DNA of 64,000 bases from NCBI RefSeq assembly GCF_044704955.1, contig NC_091995.1, forward strand, positions 86,614,001-86,678,000, in the 5' to 3' direction. Positions within the stretch are counted from its first letter, which is position 1, and each line of letters starts with the position of its first letter. The notes beneath the pieces were generated by a model. That model was given only the letters and a program-made list of their open reading frames with translations. It had not been told where the DNA came from and made no database searches. This DNA is from Pristiophorus japonicus. Lineage: Eukaryota. A program made the translations under genes and the position numbers. Below are positions 62,125-64,000 of the stretch, piece by piece.

Positions 62125-63379
62125 GTAGGTTGTACGAAGCTTTTTCACCCACCCTCCGCCTTCCAGTCTATCACTGCCGTGTCCCCCCGTTTCCCCCCCC
62201 CACTCTTTTTATTTTCTCTCCGACTGTTGGCACTGCATACTGTTCCTCCAGTTATCCACTCGTCTTCAGGCTGTGTGTGTCTCGGCAGACTATTTAACCA
62301 GGGAGGACTTCGTGGCCCGAACCGATTCCTGTTCGCATTCACCGTCCACATGGGTTCCAACAGGGGAACCCTTGGTTAGCCGGACACACGGGTTCCAGTG
62401 GGAGCTGGTGCATCGAGTCTTGATCATTAATACATGGAGGATGTGGGGAGGAGCAAATCTGTGTAAGGTGGGCATGTTTGCACTTTGGAGGTCCGAGAGG
62501 AGAATGCCTGTGCCCACCTTTGTGATTCTTCCCCACCTCCCTCCCGAACCAGGGCTACGGGGTCCGGTTGCACTCCCAAACCCTACCCCTCCTTTAGTCA
62601 CTGCTTTGCTGACTGAGATGGTTGGACCATTCCAGACCTATACGTACAGCAACAATTTGTGTTTATACCGTGCCCCTCTTAACCCGGAGCTGGGTGCCAA
62701 GCAGGTTGTTAGGCCACTTGGGTAGCCGAGGCCATTGGCATGGTTAAAGAGAGAGAGGTTTATAAAGGGGCTTTCAAAGGCAGAGAGGGGTAGCAAGGGC
62801 AAGTGATTTAGGAAGAGAGTTAGAATCATAGAATGGTTACAGTACGGAAGAGGGCCATTTGGCCCATCAAGCCCACAAATACTGTGGCAACAAGAGCAGG
62901 TCAGAGGCTGAGTATTCGGTGAGTGTCTCACTTCCTGACTCCCAGTTAGGCCCACTTTCCCCCCGCCCTTTCCACGTAGCCCTGCTAATTTTTTTACCTT
63001 CAGATACTTCTCCAACACCCTTTTGAAAGATCAGATTGAGTCTGCCTCCAACACCCTGTCACGCAGTGAATTCCCGATCCCGACCACTCGCTGCGTAAAA
63101 ACAGGTTTTTTTTCTTGCGTTGACTTTGGTGCTTCTGCCAATCACCTTAAATCTGTTCTCAACCCTTCCGGCAACAGTTTCCCTCCATCTACTCTGTCCA
63201 GATAGTTGAAAGGAAGGAACGTCGTGGTTGAAGGGCCAGTCCCTGATGGAGGAGGTGGTAAATAATTCCCCAATGTGGGCTATGCGGAAAGTGCAAAGGA
63301 GTGGGACTAATTCGATTGAGTCGGCACCAGCACGATGGGCTGAATGCTGTAAGCTTCTACGAAATAGGATGGGGCAAGT

Positions 63380-64000
63380 GATCTTGGCCTTTATTGCAAA
63401 GGGGGTGGAGTATAAAAGCAGGAAGTCTTGTTATAGCTGTACAGGGTATTGGTGAGGCCACACCTGGAATACTGCGTGCAGTTTTGGTTTCCATATTTAC
63501 GAAAGGATATTCTTGCTGTGGACGCAGTTCAGAGAAGGTTCACTCGGTTGATTCCGGGGATGAGGGGGTTGACTTATGAGGAAGGGTTGAGTTGGTTGGG
63601 CCTCTACTCATTGGAATTCAGAAGAATGAGAGGTGATCTTATCGAAACGTATAAGATTATGAGGGGGCTTGACAAGGTGGATGCAGAGAAGATGTTTCCA
63701 CTAGTGGGGGAGACTAGAACTAGAGGGCATGATCTTAGAATAAGGGGCCGCCCATTTAAAACAGAGATGAGGAGAAATTTCTTCTCTGAGAGTTGTAAAT
63801 CTGTGGAATTCGCTGCCTCAGAGAGCTGTGGAAGCTGGGACATTGAATAAATTTAAGACAGAAATAGACAGTTTCTTAAACGATAAGGGGTCAAGGGTTA
63901 TGGGGAGCGGGCAGGGAAGTGGAGCTGAGTCCATGATCAGATCAGCCATGATCTTATTGAGTGGCGGAGCAGGCTCGAGGGGCCTTATGGCCTACACCCG
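63380..64000 (+). mobile_element. 5'-truncated CR1
   Basis: VRPHLEYCVQFWFPYLRKD...EMRRNFF; very similar to 5848-6563. Confidence 0.92.

Overview
Eukaryotic, very repeat-rich vertebrate DNA. The repeat set (DeuSINE/SacSINE1-like SINEs, CR1, L2, RTE, Penelope) points to a shark or other cartilaginous fish (inference). Two spliced genes lie head-to-tail on the + strand. KMT5C (SUV420H2, H4K20 methyltransferase) is complete: putative non-coding exon 1 plus 8 coding exons, 23597-42874, 819 aa by my exon assembly. HSPBP1 (Hsp70 nucleotide-exchange factor) contributes its first five coding exons (55392-62124) and runs off the window. The rest is mostly transposon debris: nested Gypsy elements at the left edge, solo LTRs, three SINE-like families with their partner LINE tails, Tx1 and Vingi fragments, MITEs and a 627-N gap. 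I found no clearly new protein-coding system. Best leads: a Tx1 LINE that appears to target one site in an LTR family; CTCF-like motifs near the 5' end of three different Gypsy-type LTRs; two LTRs stacked on one GGAAC site; a SINE supplying a KMT5C splice acceptor region; uORFs in both genes. Repeat boundaries were read by eye and are approximate.
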